Positions 32,260-44,740 are shown, numbered from the stretch's first letter. The stretch: DNA of 64,000 nt from an uncultured Solirubrobacterales bacterium (GCA_963720795.1 CAVRGU010000004.1:12423-76422), one strand, 5' to 3'. Notes: generated by a model from the letters alone, not told the origin. Program-made: numbers and translations.

Positions 32260-34739
32260 CGGTGCCGCGGGGGTGTCGTCGAGAACGCGCGCAGCAGCGC
32301 CGGCACGACCACGTCGACCTGGATCGCCTCCACCCGCCCGTGGTGGTCGCGAAACAGGCAGCGGCCGGCGTCGAGCTCGAGCAGCGTCTGGCGCGCGCGG
32401 CGGTCCTCCGGGTCGAGGCCGAGCAGCGCGAGCGCACGGCGCGCCTCCGCCTCCGAGCGCATACCGAACACGAACGTCGCGCCGACCAGGTTCTCCAGCG
32501 ACTCGCGCTCGCCCACCAGCGTGTCGGTCACGAGCTGCGTCGAGACGATCGGCACCGCGAGCTCCGAGCGGCCCATCCGCTGCAGCGAGGCCAGCAGGGT
32601 GCGGCCGACGGGGTCCTTCAGCAGGCGCCAGCCCTCGTCGAAACTGAACAGCTTGAGCCGCTCGCGTTCGGCGCTCATCAGGTGCATCGCGAACATCGCG
32701 ATCAGCCGCACCACCTGCTCCCCCACGCGCTCGGCCTGCGAGTGCTCGGAGCGCGGCGCGGCCGGATCGGGGCTCGGGAGGTCGCGGATCGGCAGGTACG
32801 TCACCTGGCGGTGGCCGACGGGCGGCAGGCGCACCGCGGGGTCCGCGAAGCCGAGCTGGGTCAGCCCCGAGCGGGCGTACACCTCGAGCGTCTTGGCAAC
32901 CTGCGCGTCCGTCGGGTCGCCTTCGCGCAGCGCTCGCACGACCTCCCCGCACGTCGGCTCGCGCGCGCGGCGGCACACGCGATCCACGGCGCCCACCACC
33001 GCGGTCTCCCACGCGGGCTCCGCGCGCACCGGCAGCAGGTCGCGCAGGAACGACACCGCGGTGTCGTGGCGCAGCGGCTCGGGCGCCACGCGCAGGGGGT
33101 CGAGCACGCCGCGCAGCGCGGGGTCGGGGCGCAGCGCGATGCACTCTGTGTGCGGTGCCACCTCCTCCAGCAGGTGAAATCGGTGGTCGCCCTTGGGGTC
33201 GCAGTCGATTACCCGCGCGCCCTGCAGGAACCCCTCGTACTTGAGCTTCTGATCGAGCGTCGTCTTGCCCGAGCCGAGCGCGCCGATGCTGAGGATCGTC
33301 GTGTTGCGGTCGCGCTCGGAGCCCTCCCGCAGGTTGAAGCGCACCGGGCGCGCCGACCCGCTGAGCGTATGGCCGAGGTAGAAGCCCGTCGTGCTGCCCG
33401 CCTCGTGCGTGGCGGTCGGCACCATCGCCGCGACCTGCTCGGTTGTCAGCGTGTCGTCGTACCCCGCCACGCGGGTGCGCTGCCCGGGGAGGTGCTGGCA
33501 GAACAGCCGCAGCTGGTCGCCCGCCGGGCGGTGCAGGCGCACCTCCCCGTACGCGCGCCGGCACACCTCCACACGCTCCTCGAGCTCCTCCTCCCCACGC
33601 GCCGCCACCGCGATCGCCAGCGTCGCCCGCAGCAGCGGCGGGCGGCTGGAGGACTGCAGGTGCGCTAGTAGATCGCGGGCCTCCTGCGTACGCCGGTATC
33701 CGAGATCCGTCACCCCCTGCTCGCCGTCGGACTCCGCGCGCAGGATCTGGTCGGCGTCCTGGATCCGCCGCCGCGCGATCCGCAGCGCGAGCTCGTTGGG
33801 CAGGTACCGCGCGTTCAGGGTGAGATCCACGCCGAACGGAAGCGACTCCACCGGCGCGAACATCAACTCCGCCCTCGCCCCCGGGAAGTGCACCTGCTCT
33901 GGCAGCGCGCCGACCACGAGCTGCGCCTGCCAGCTCACCCCCAGCTCAGACTCGACCCGCAGCATCCGCGGCCGCTGCTCCACCCACCCCTCACCCCACC
34001 GCACCACATCCCCCTCCAGTGGGGCCAACACCGCCTCGCCATTGCGCTCGCACACGAGCGCCCGCGGCTCGTGCAGCCCGTCCACCTCGGGCTCCCCCAG
34101 ATCCCGGCAGAAGCTCCGGCGCACCAGCCACTGCAACTCCGCGCCGCTCGCCGGCCTCGCCGCGAGGTAGTCCGCGAGGCGCGCATGGGCCTGATCGGCC
34201 CGCACCCTGGCCTTCTCGAGCTCGCTCGCGCGCAGCAGCCTACGGTCGTTCGGGAGCACTCCGCGCCTGAGCATCGCCACCCACTCGCGCGGCCCTCGCT
34301 CTGCAGCGCGGGACACGTAGGACGCCACATCGCGCTCCGGGTCGCGCAGGCTCACCATCACATACACCGCGGGCCTCTGCGCCTCCAGTTCCTCCAGGCG
34401 CCTTGCGTGCTCGGCGACGTACCGCCGGCGTGCGCGCGTGTGCGCCGCGCCCGGCCTCCCGCCGGAGCCGTCGGGACCACCCGGGTCGCTGGTCGCGGGG
34501 GCCATCTCATCCACGTATCCCGCCACCTCCCAGCGACGGCTGACGCGCACGATCTGCACATCTGCGCCCGCGGCCTCCACCGCCCCGAGCAGTGCGAGAA
34601 ACCGCCCGCGCTTTCCGTCCTCGGAGAGCCACTCGTACGAGGCGGTTGGCACCGCGAACGCGGCCCACGCGTCGTCGTACCCCTCGCCGAACACGAGGTT
34701 GCCGTAGACCAGGCTGAGTGGAGGGCGGGAGATCGGCAT
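32256..34739 (-). CDS. VirB4-like conjugation ATPase (TcpF/ConE type)
   Basis: 827 aa; C-terminal GALGSGKTT, DPKGD, FSFDEGW, RMGRS..STQ; operon context. Confidence 0.85.
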   Translation of the reverse strand: MPISRPPLSLVYGNLVFGEGYDDAWAAFAVPTASYEWLSEDGKRGRFLALLGAVEAAGADVQIVRVSRRWEVAGYVDEMAPATSDPGGPDGSGGRPGAAHTRARRRYVAEHARRLEELEAQRPAVYVMVSLRDPERDVASYVSRAAERGPREWVAMLRRGVLPNDRRLLRASELEKARVRADQAHARLADYLAARPASGAELQWLVRRSFCRDLGEPEVDGLHEPRALVCERNGEAVLAPLEGDVVRWGEGWVEQRPRMLRVESELGVSWQAQLVVGALPEQVHFPGARAELMFAPVESLPFGVDLTLNARYLPNELALRIARRRIQDADQILRAESDGEQGVTDLGYRRTQEARDLLAHLQSSSRPPLLRATLAIAVAARGEEELEERVEVCRRAYGEVRLHRPAGDQLRLFCQHLPGQRTRVAGYDDTLTTEQVAAMVPTATHEAGSTTGFYLGHTLSGSARPVRFNLREGSERDRNTTILSIGALGSGKTTLDQKLKYEGFLQGARVIDCDPKGDHRFHLLEEVAPHTECIALRPDPALRGVLDPLRVAPEPLRHDTAVSFLRDLLPVRAEPAWETAVVGAVDRVCRRAREPTCGEVVRALREGDPTDAQVAKTLEVYARSGLTQLGFADPAVRLPPVGHRQVTYLPIRDLPSPDPAAPRSEHSQAERVGEQVVRLIAMFAMHLMSAERERLKLFSFDEGWRLLKDPVGRTLLASLQRMGRSELAVPIVSTQLVTDTLVGERESLENLVGATFVFGMRSEAEARRALALLGLDPEDRRARQTLLELDAGRCLFRDHHGRVEAIQVDVVVPALLRAFSTTPPRHR

Positions 34740-34895
34740 CGGAAGGGCCTATCTCCTTGTTCCGACCGCGGCGGCGTAGCGGGACAGCCGCAGCGCGGAT
34801 CCACCGCCCGTGTACGACGAACCGCCGGCCGGCTTAGGCTGGCCGGCGGTTCTTAGTGTGCCATCACGACTGTCTCGGCTTACAGCCTCGTCTGC

Positions 34896-35929
34896 TTAGA
34901 ACACGAGAACAAACACCGCACTGCTTGCAGGGTTTGCAGATACTTCGTAGTCAGCCGACCCACCTCCCGCGGTGCCCATCGACTTGATTTTGCTGTGGCA
35001 GCTATTCATAAATCCACGCGGTTCCAATTTAGTGTTCACTTTGCACGTTTCTTCTTTGAGTTCAAATTTTCCCGAGCCCGCTCCTTTGATTTTCACACCT
35101 GTGAGCGTAGCTTCAACGACCATTTCATTTTTTACGATGATTGTGCATTCTTCGTTGGCCGCCGAGAACGTGCATCCATTAGCCTCGGTCCCGCCCCCTC
35201 CACCGCGTCTGGCCACAAGACCCAGTAGTTTTGCATCACGGAGCCCTCGCCCGCTCGTCGTTGAAACAGCCACGCTTCCCGCTGTTTCACCAGATTCTTC
35301 GCCCGACTCAGAGCATTTCTCTTTACTTTTAATTTATCATACGTTGCTAATATTAGTAATTCGCTCCCAATATGCTTGTTTTCCAGCCCCAAACTTTCTG
35401 TGCCCGTAAACTTGCACGTATCTTCAACCGACACTCCGGCGACTTTGCACTTCACCTTCAATCCTGGTTTGCCGCTGCTTCCTTCTTCCGACAGGGCCGC
35501 CGACAGTTTTTTTTCTGTTTCGAAGGCTTCGATCTTCCATGGCAGATCGACCGCTTCTACTTCGACCGTTTTTGCTTCACAGAGTTTGATCGCTCGACAG
35601 CTGAGAACTTTTACTTTTTCTACCTCGATAAACGCTCCTTCCCCTTCGACATAGCATTCTACTTCCGATTCTCCCGCCGTCGTTTTTTTGTCCCTCAGGA
35701 TCAGGGAACCCTTGCTTCTGACCGTATTCTCTTCGGCGGCCGCTTGCCACGTCCAACTCCCCGACGACGAAGCGGTAGAACACTGATCGGTTGTATATTT
35801 GGTGCCTTCTTTGCTCGCGTTTTCGGTCCCGCATTCTTCCCAGGCCGATGCCTGCGCGGCCCCCACGGACACCATGCTCACCGCGAACATGGCGAGGAGG
35901 CAGAGCCCCACAAGCTTCAGACGCTTCAT
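34896..35929 (-). CDS. Secreted Cys-, Lys- and Glu-rich protein, AT-rich (frameshift near 35325)
   Basis: Signal peptide MKRLKLVGLCLLAMFAVSMVSVGAAQA; ORFs 35132-36103 and 34896-35273 appear to be one shifted gene. Confidence 0.65.
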
Positions 35930-36121
35930 GTCGTACTGGTTCCCCAACCGCATCTCAATCAACTCCTTGCCCCATGAGGGATTTATCGATTTTTTCAAGC
36001 CGAGCGAGTTTGCGGAGCGACCCTTGAGCTCGCCAAGGAGACGCCTGCATCCCCAGCAACGACGGCGTTTTTCGCCCCTCGAATGTCTCCGACTCACCTC
36101 CACGGTGCTCTCAGGACGGTC

Positions 36122-36496
36122 TCACGGTGCAACCGCAAGCCAGAGCTCCCCGCCGCGATCGATCGCGTCGTCGTCCCCCGGGTGCTCATGCAACAGCTGC
36201 TCCAGTGAGTCCACCAGATGTCCGATCGACCAGCGGCTCAGCGAAACGCGGGCCGGCACGCAGACCAGCCCGTAGGTCTTCGCTCCGGCGCGCAGCGCCT
36301 CGGCAAGCAGCGGACGGAAGTCGCCGAGATCGCGTGTGACGATCGCGCGGCGCTGCTCCGAGGTCGAGGCGAAGTGCACGCGATCGGCACGGCCGAGCAA
36401 CTCGGAGCGCTCCGCGACCGCGAGGACGTCGTGGCCGCGGGCTCGGAGTTGGCGGGCGATCTCTGGGGAGAGGTGCTCGTCCAGCAGCAGCCTCAC
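36122..36496 (-). CDS. DUF5615 PIN-like toxin (VapC45 type)
   Basis: MRLLLDEHLS..LRARGHDV..AD..IVTRDLGDF. Confidence 0.85.
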   Translation of the reverse strand: MRLLLDEHLSPEIARQLRARGHDVLAVAERSELLGRADRVHFASTSEQRRAIVTRDLGDFRPLLAEALRAGAKTYGLVCVPARVSLSRWSIGHLVDSLEQLLHEHPGDDDAIDRGGELWLAVAP

Positions 36497-36915
36497 GCGC
36501 CGATCGCTTCCTGGGCCGCGCGCCACCGCGCCTCTTCGAGCTCGCTGAGCTCGTGAACGCGCGCGATCCAGTCGTCGATCTCCTCGCGGTTGGAGCCGTA
36601 GTAGCGGATCGCCAGCTCGACCAGCCGCGGCTCGACCTCGAGGTACGCGGCGGCCTCCGCCGCGGAGCCGCTGTCCTTGACCACTTCGACGACCTCCCAC
36701 ACGTCCAGGCCCGACCCCATCAGCGCCGGGCGGCGGCCCATCGCGCCATCGACGAAGTGGATGCCCGGGATCTCGTCCATCGCCAACCCCTCGGCCAGGT
36801 ACCGCTCAGCGAGCGTCGTCCGGGACTCCCCGGAGAGCCGCGCGCGCCGGCGCAGCCGCTCGAGCGTCGTCAGCGTCGGGCGCATGGAGAGCTGTCCGCG
36901 GGCTTTCTCAACCAT
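36493..36915 (-). CDS. DUF433 antitoxin (VapB45 type)
   Basis: PGIHFVDGAMGRRPALMGSGLDVWEVV..LAIRYY..EEID; stop overlaps toxin start. Confidence 0.85.
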   Translation of the reverse strand: MVEKARGQLSMRPTLTTLERLRRRARLSGESRTTLAERYLAEGLAMDEIPGIHFVDGAMGRRPALMGSGLDVWEVVEVVKDSGSAAEAAAYLEVEPRLVELAIRYYGSNREEIDDWIARVHELSELEEARWRAAQEAIGA

Positions 36916-37037
36916 CTCGCACACACCGTAACACAACGTGTGCGGATCATCGCGCTCCTTGTCGCAGCCAGGCCCCGGAACAACGCTCCCGGTCGCGGGC
37001 GCAGCGCCCAGGTGTAGACCACCGGCACCGGGCACGC

Positions 37038-37703
37038 TCAGCGCACCTCCAACCGCGCGCCGCGCTCCAGCACGATCACGACGCCATCGGCCGGTGGCGA
37101 GTGCCCGGGCAGGGGCCGCACCGTCACGTGCGGACGCCCGCGCGAGCTCAGCGCGCCGCCCAAGCGCCCCAGGACGCCCACGCGCCCGAAGAGACCGGCG
37201 CGCCGGTCCGAGCGCGTGTGCGCCACCCTCACGAGCGCCGCCCCCGGGCCGGTGAAGCGCAGGCGGCGCAGGCGCGCGTCCGAGCCGTCGGGGAGCACGA
37301 GCAGGCTCTCCGCGTGCCAGACCCGCTGAAGACACCTCGGCGAGCACGGGTCGGCAAGCACGGAGGCGCCGCCGAGCACGCACGAGCCGGCGAGCGCGCT
37401 CGGGCCCAGGGCGTGGCGCAGCAGCGCCGCCCCCGCCAGGTGAAACGGCCGCCCGTCCACGCGGATCACTGTGAGGAGTGCCGCGCCGCCCGCGGGAAGC
37501 ACGAGGTCGCGCAGGTACCAGGGCAGCGCGCTCACCGCCGCCCCAACCAGCGGCAGCGCGCCGAGGAGCGTGAGGCCCGCGAGCAGCGCGAGGCAGTAGA
37601 CGACCCCCCGCAGAGGGACGCCGCCGGGGTTCAGGCGCAGCCGGTCGACGCGGTAGAGGCGCCGCTCGAGGTCGAACACCGCGCGGTAGGAGCGGATCTC
37701 CAC
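37038..37703 (-). CDS. TcpE/VirB3-like conjugal transfer membrane protein
   Basis: IRSYRAVFDLERRLYRVDRLRL..GVPLR, two TM helices, DGRP. Confidence 0.75.
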   Translation of the reverse strand: MEIRSYRAVFDLERRLYRVDRLRLNPGGVPLRGVVYCLALLAGLTLLGALPLVGAAVSALPWYLRDLVLPAGGAALLTVIRVDGRPFHLAGAALLRHALGPSALAGSCVLGGASVLADPCSPRCLQRVWHAESLLVLPDGSDARLRRLRFTGPGAALVRVAHTRSDRRAGLFGRVGVLGRLGGALSSRGRPHVTVRPLPGHSPPADGVVIVLERGARLEVR

Positions 37704-37718
37704 CTCGCCCCCCTCGCG

Positions 37719-38129
37719 TCAGGCCCCGGCCCCGAACAGCGAGGCGACGGTGTCCTGCAACAGGTTGAGGCCCGCGGGGGTCGCCAGCAGCACCGCTACG
37801 ATCCCCACGGCGAACACGCCCGCGGCCTCCTTGAAGTCGCGGCGGAAGGCGAGCACGGTGCCGGCGATCGCGAACGCCAGGCCGATCAGGCTCATCGCGA
37901 CCTTGCGCCCGGTGCTCCCCGCCTTGGAGGCGGCCGCTTCCAGCGAGCTGCCTTCTTCTGGGGACCCACCGGCCCCGGACCCACCGCCCGCCGACTGGGC
38001 ATCCCGGGGTCCCGTGGCGACCGCGGCGCGCGCGGTGAGGGGCCCGTAGAGAGTGAGGCAAGCGCAGTAGGCGATCAGCAGCGCGACCGTCCAGCGGGCA
38101 CGCGAGCGGTGGGTGTGCAGGGCTTTCAT
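37719..38129 (-). CDS. Small pilin-like/TcpD-like membrane protein
   Basis: Signal-like N-terminus, then two hydrophobic helices around RRDFKEA; between tcpC- and tcpE-like genes. Confidence 0.5.
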   Translation of the reverse strand: MKALHTHRSRARWTVALLIAYCACLTLYGPLTARAAVATGPRDAQSAGGGSGAGGSPEEGSSLEAAASKAGSTGRKVAMSLIGLAFAIAGTVLAFRRDFKEAAGVFAVGIVAVLLATPAGLNLLQDTVASLFGAGA

Positions 38130-38175
38130 GGGCGCTCCTCCTTGATGGTTGTCTCTGTGTCTGTGTCGGGGTCCA

Positions 38176-39042
38176 TCAGCTGTCCGGGTCCACCTGGATC
38201 GCCGCGACCTCCCAGCGGCCTTGGGCGCGGGCGACGTCGAGTTCGTAGGCGAGCGTGTACTGCGCGCCGCGCTGGTCCTGGGCCTGCACCACCGCGAGCA
38301 CCGCTCCCGCGCCGGGCGCCCACTGCAGGGACTGCAGCGACTGCAGCGCCAGGCCCTCCCCGGGCAGCGAGACGCGCGCCCCGGGCGCGAGGTCCGCGGC
38401 GAGCTCGGAGGCGGAGCCGGCGAGGTAGTTGCGCAGCGCGCGTTCCACCACCGTGGCCAGTTCGGGGTCGGCGACCTGGCGCAGGCGCCCCTCGCCGCCT
38501 GTCTGCGCGGGGCCCGAGGCGGGCGGCCCCACGAACGCGGGGTAGCCGCCCAGCGCGAGCCCGCCCCCGGCCGGGTGGAGCACGCTCACGGTCAGGTAGA
38601 GGAGCCCCGCGGTGTCGGTCTGCGCAGCCACGGTGTAGACGTGGAGCGCGGGGAGGGGTTCGCGGGCCTGGACGACCTGCGTCCACTGCACCCGCTGCTC
38701 GCCGCTCGCGGGGGGCCGCAGGCCGGCGTCGGCGTCTACCCCGGGACCGATGAACGGCGCGAGCGCGCGTTCGCGGGCTTCGGGGTCCTGCCCTTCCCAC
38801 GTGAGGTACGCGCGCGCGAACAGGGTCGCGAAGCCCTCCGCCGCGAGGTCCTGCGCGGGGGCGGGCCGCAGCAGCGCGGCGGGCACCGTCGCGCGCGGGG
38901 GGTCGAGCGCGAAGCGCGCGCTCGCCAGCAGCCCCGCGAGCGCCAGTGCGTGGAGCAGGTGGCGGGGTGCCTCGCGCGCGAGGCGCAGGCGCCAGAGAGG
39001 ACGGGGGGTGACCGTCACCGCCACCCGGGGGCCCACACTCAT
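38176..39042 (-). CDS. TcpC/VirB8-like conjugal transfer protein
   Basis: Single TM, then FATLFARAYLTW..YTVAAQT and second half VVERALRNYL..YTLAYEL..RWEV. Confidence 0.75.
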   Translation of the reverse strand: MSVGPRVAVTVTPRPLWRLRLAREAPRHLLHALALAGLLASARFALDPPRATVPAALLRPAPAQDLAAEGFATLFARAYLTWEGQDPEARERALAPFIGPGVDADAGLRPPASGEQRVQWTQVVQAREPLPALHVYTVAAQTDTAGLLYLTVSVLHPAGGGLALGGYPAFVGPPASGPAQTGGEGRLRQVADPELATVVERALRNYLAGSASELAADLAPGARVSLPGEGLALQSLQSLQWAPGAGAVLAVVQAQDQRGAQYTLAYELDVARAQGRWEVAAIQVDPDS

Positions 39043-39743
39043 CCGGCGTGCCGCTCGAACCCGAACTCCGCGCGCGCCGCGCGCGCCGACGCGGTTGCGG
39101 GGGACGTTGTGGCAGAGGGCAGCATCGCGGGAGACGCCGTTGCCTGCGACGCCGGTGCGGGGCCCGGCGCCCGGGGTGGCGTGGGCGCGGTGCCCGGCGC
39201 CGCAGGTGACGTGGACGCAGGGAGCGGGGCGGGCGCGGGCGACGCCGGGATCGCCGGGGTACCCGCCTGCCCGACCTCGCGGACACCACGCCGCTGCGCC
39301 GACCACCGGGGCGCGGCAGGCCTACGCGGAGCGCGTCCGTGCCGGCGGCGATCACTGCCGAGCGGCTGCGAAGAGGGCGGCGGCGTGGCCGGAGCGGAGG
39401 CGGCGACGGACCGGGGAGCTCGGCTGTCCGCTGACGGGCCGAGCGTGCCTCGCCGGCTCGCGGTGGTGCGCGAGGCGCTCAGGACTACTACGCCCGCCAC
39501 CGCCGCCAGGGCTCCCGTCAGGGCGGCGAGACCGGCCACACGTCCCCACGCGCTCGGGTTCGGCCCCCGCGCAGCGACGCCGGCGACACGCCCCCGCACG
39601 TTCGCCGAGACCGGCTCCCGAACAGCCCCGTCGGGTGCCAACTCTTCAGTGGCAGCCTCCCCCGACCAGTCCGCGGCGGCGAGGAACTCCGCTTCGGAGT
39701 ACACGCGGTAGACCTGGCGCGGAGATCGGCGTAGCAGCGTCAC
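39039..39743 (-). CDS. Single-TM Pro/Ala-rich hypothetical protein, first gene after the sigma factor
   Basis: MTLLRRSPRQVYRVYSEAEFL, one TM, ends AEFGFER; stop overlaps tcpC-like ATG. Confidence 0.55.
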   Translation of the reverse strand: MTLLRRSPRQVYRVYSEAEFLAAADWSGEAATEELAPDGAVREPVSANVRGRVAGVAARGPNPSAWGRVAGLAALTGALAAVAGVVVLSASRTTASRRGTLGPSADSRAPRSVAASAPATPPPSSQPLGSDRRRHGRAPRRPAAPRWSAQRRGVREVGQAGTPAIPASPAPAPLPASTSPAAPGTAPTPPRAPGPAPASQATASPAMLPSATTSPATASARAARAEFGFERHAG

Positions 39744-39950
39744 GAGCCGCGCGGGGGTCGGCGCAGCAGCGTCACGGGCCGCGCGAGGGTCGGGAAGCAC
39801 GCGAGCGGCCGAGGGCCAGGGCGGGGAGAGGCCCGGCCCCCGGCCGCGTGCGCGCGGGTGGGCAGCGCCGCGAGGTCGCGCCTGCAACCGACCTGCGGCG
39901 TCCCAAGGGACGCGCCTATGGGGGTAGTGAGGGATGTCATAGGTGGGTCC

Positions 39951-40763
39951 CTATTGCTTTAATCCGACCCGGCTCGGAGGGTGGGACACGGACCCGGCCC
40001 GGAGGTGGGACGGACCCGGCCCGGACGGTGAGACACGGCCCGGCTCGTCGAGCGGAGGGGCGTCGAGGAGCCGCCGCAGCCGCGCCCGGCCGCGCTGGGC
40101 GACCTTGCGGTAGCGCTCGAAGGACCAGCCGAACTGCTCGCAGAACTCGGCGCGGCTCAGCCCCAGGGCGACCTGACAGGCGAGCACCAGCCGCTGGTCG
40201 TCGCTCAGCAGCGGCGCGAGCTCGGTCACCCGCTGTAACTGCAGCCGAAAGGCGACCAGGGGGTGGACCTCCGCGCGCGGGTCGACGACCTGCACCTCCC
40301 GCTCCCCCGGGCCCCCGAGCGGCAGCGCCCCCTCCAGCGCGGCGGCCATCGGGCTGCGTCCGGCGACCGCACGACGGCGGTCCAGCACGCGCGAGAGGAA
40401 GCGCTGCTCGAGCGCGTTGGCGAGGTGCTCGCGGGAGGAGAACCGCCGCCCGCCGCGCGCGGCCGCGAGCAGCTCCAGCACGGCCTGGCCAAAGCAGTCC
40501 TCCAGGTCCTCGCGACGCAGACGGTGGCGGTGGGCGCGCAGCAGCCCGTCGTGCGCAGCGCGCGCCACGAGCGCGACCTGCTCGGCGGGGTCCGCGCGGG
40601 GGCGGCCGGCCGATCGAAGGGCGGCCAGCGGGGCGGGGGCACGCGGCGCAGGCCAATCCTCCCGGCTGGGCGCCAGCTGGGCCGGGTCAGCGCCCAGGGC
40701 CGTCCGATCGGCTTGCAGGCCGGCGCCCGGGGGCGACGTGCGCGAGGCGGATGGGGTAGACAC
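39951..40763 (-). CDS. ECF-type sigma-70 factor
   Basis: Region 2-like REDLEDCFGQAVLELL..LDRRR; region 4-like LSDDQRLVL..GLSRAEFCEQFGWS..RGRARLR; start uncertain. Confidence 0.7.
   Translation of the reverse strand: MSTPSASRTSPPGAGLQADRTALGADPAQLAPSREDWPAPRAPAPLAALRSAGRPRADPAEQVALVARAAHDGLLRAHRHRLRREDLEDCFGQAVLELLAAARGGRRFSSREHLANALEQRFLSRVLDRRRAVAGRSPMAAALEGALPLGGPGEREVQVVDPRAEVHPLVAFRLQLQRVTELAPLLSDDQRLVLACQVALGLSRAEFCEQFGWSFERYRKVAQRGRARLRRLLDAPPLDEPGRVSPSGPGPSHLRAGSVSHPPSRVGLKQ
39965..40048. repeat. Three imperfect 22-25 bp tandem repeats at the 3' end of the sigma gene
   Basis: GACCCGGCTCGGAGGGTGGGACACG / GACCCGGCCCGGAGGTGGGACG / GACCCGGCCCGGACGGTGAGACACG. Confidence 0.75.
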
Positions 40764-40769
40764 ACAGGC

Positions 40770-41648
40770 ATGTCGCACCCTGCGCCCGAGGGACCCCCCT
40801 CCCAGATCCGCCGGGGTCTGAGCGCGGTCGACCGCTTCCAGCAGCGCAGCCCCCTGGCGTTCACGGTGGCGGTGGTGAAGAAGTTCTCCGACGACCAGGG
40901 CACGCAGCTGGGGGCGCTGATCGCGTACTACGGGTTCTTCTCGCTGTTCCCGCTGCTGCTGGTGTTCGTGACGGTGCTCGGCTTCGTGCTGCAGGGCAAC
41001 CCGAGTGCGCAGGAGAGCGTGCTGCACTCGACGCTCAGCCAGTTCCCGATCATCGGCAACCAGCTGGAGCAGAACGTGCACTCGCTGAGGGGCTCCGGCC
41101 TGGCACTGGGCATCGGCCTCGCCGGCGCGCTGCTGGCGGGGCTCGGCATCACGGGCGCGACGCGCAACGCGTTCGACGTGGTCTGGAAAGTGCCGCGCCG
41201 CGAGCGGTCGAACTTCGTGGTGTGGCGGCTGCGCGGCCTCGCCCTGCTGGCGACGCTCGGGGTGCTGAGCATCGTCTCGACGGCGGTCGCGGGGTACGTG
41301 ACCGCGCAGACCGCCGGTGTGCTGGAAGTGCTCGCGGGGGTGCTGGCGGCGTTCGCGGCGAACCTGCTGCTGTTCTTCACCGCCTTCCGGCTGCTCACCG
41401 TCAGGCAAGTGGAGACCCGCGAGCTACTCCCCGGCGTGGTCGTCGCGGCAGTGCTGTGGCAGGCGCTCGAGCACGTCGGGAGCTACTACGTGGACCACGT
41501 GGTGCGCCACGCCCAGCAGACCTCAGGGTTGTTCGCGTTCGTGCTAGGCCTGCTCACGTGGCTGTACCTCGGCGGCCAGGTGACGGTGCTGGCGGCGGAG
41601 GTCAACGTTGTACGTGCCAAGCGCCTGTGGCCACGAGAGCTGTTCTGA
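40770..41648 (+). CDS. YihY/BrkB family membrane protein
   Basis: GALIAYYGFFSLFPLLL, LLPGVVVA, GLLTWLYL..LAAEVN. Confidence 0.9.
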   Translation: MSHPAPEGPPSQIRRGLSAVDRFQQRSPLAFTVAVVKKFSDDQGTQLGALIAYYGFFSLFPLLLVFVTVLGFVLQGNPSAQESVLHSTLSQFPIIGNQLEQNVHSLRGSGLALGIGLAGALLAGLGITGATRNAFDVVWKVPRRERSNFVVWRLRGLALLATLGVLSIVSTAVAGYVTAQTAGVLEVLAGVLAAFAANLLLFFTAFRLLTVRQVETRELLPGVVVAAVLWQALEHVGSYYVDHVVRHAQQTSGLFAFVLGLLTWLYLGGQVTVLAAEVNVVRAKRLWPRELF

Positions 41649-41708
41649 GTCCCGAGAGGTTCTTTTTTTGATGGCCGGCTCCGCCGGCAGCGGCGTTCGC
41701 AGCACGGA

Positions 41709-41782
41709 CCCGGGCTGGTGGCGTGCTGTCGAGGGTCGCGCGCGCAACGTGGAACCGGGCTGGTGGCGTGCCCGTCGAGGGC
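41709..41782 (+). repeat. Direct repeat pair of about 27 bp
   Basis: CCGGGCTGGTGGCGTGC(T/CC)GTCGAGGG twice, about 45 bp apart. Confidence 0.6.
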
Positions 41783-42080
41783 CGGTCTTGCGGCGCACCC
41801 ACCGCCGACGACGGGCACGGAGGCCCGGCGCGCACGCCCGCGGACCCTGTACGGACACACGTGGACGATCCCTAAGGGCCTATCTCAACAGGTCCGCACG
41901 CCTGGATGCGTCCGCTGACCGGCGCATGGCGGCGTCCTCGAGGCTTGACGTGGCGCTGCCACGCCTGCGCCCCTGCGTCCTTGCCCTGCTTGGTCATCGA
42001 ACGCCCCAGCCGCACGTCCTCCGTCGAGAGAGACCCTGGACACCCGGCACACGCCCGCCTGGGTCGCCGTTTCGGGCCCC

Positions 42081-42108
42081 TTGACATCCTCTCGGAGATT
42101 GTTATACT
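42081..42108 (+). promoter_or_regulatory. Primary-sigma promoter of lon
   Basis: TTGACA-16 bp-TATACT with extended -10 TG. Confidence 0.8.
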
Positions 42109-42144
42109 TGCTTCTGTTTCGTAAGCTTCTATGGGAGCGTAAAG

Positions 42145-44724
<2,580 letters not shown>

Positions 44725-44740
44725 GCGCCGTCCACCCGCG

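Noticed and set aside
29431..33564. 1377-aa ORF overlapping the VirB4-like gene, and the many long Arg/Pro/Ala-rich overlapping ORFs
   Set aside because: Stop-poor shadow frames of high-GC DNA; the real gene starts at GTG 32259.
41650..42080. Possible small ORF or sRNA between yihY and lon
   Set aside because: Only a pair of direct repeats and a T-run; no ORF with coding bias and no clear structure.
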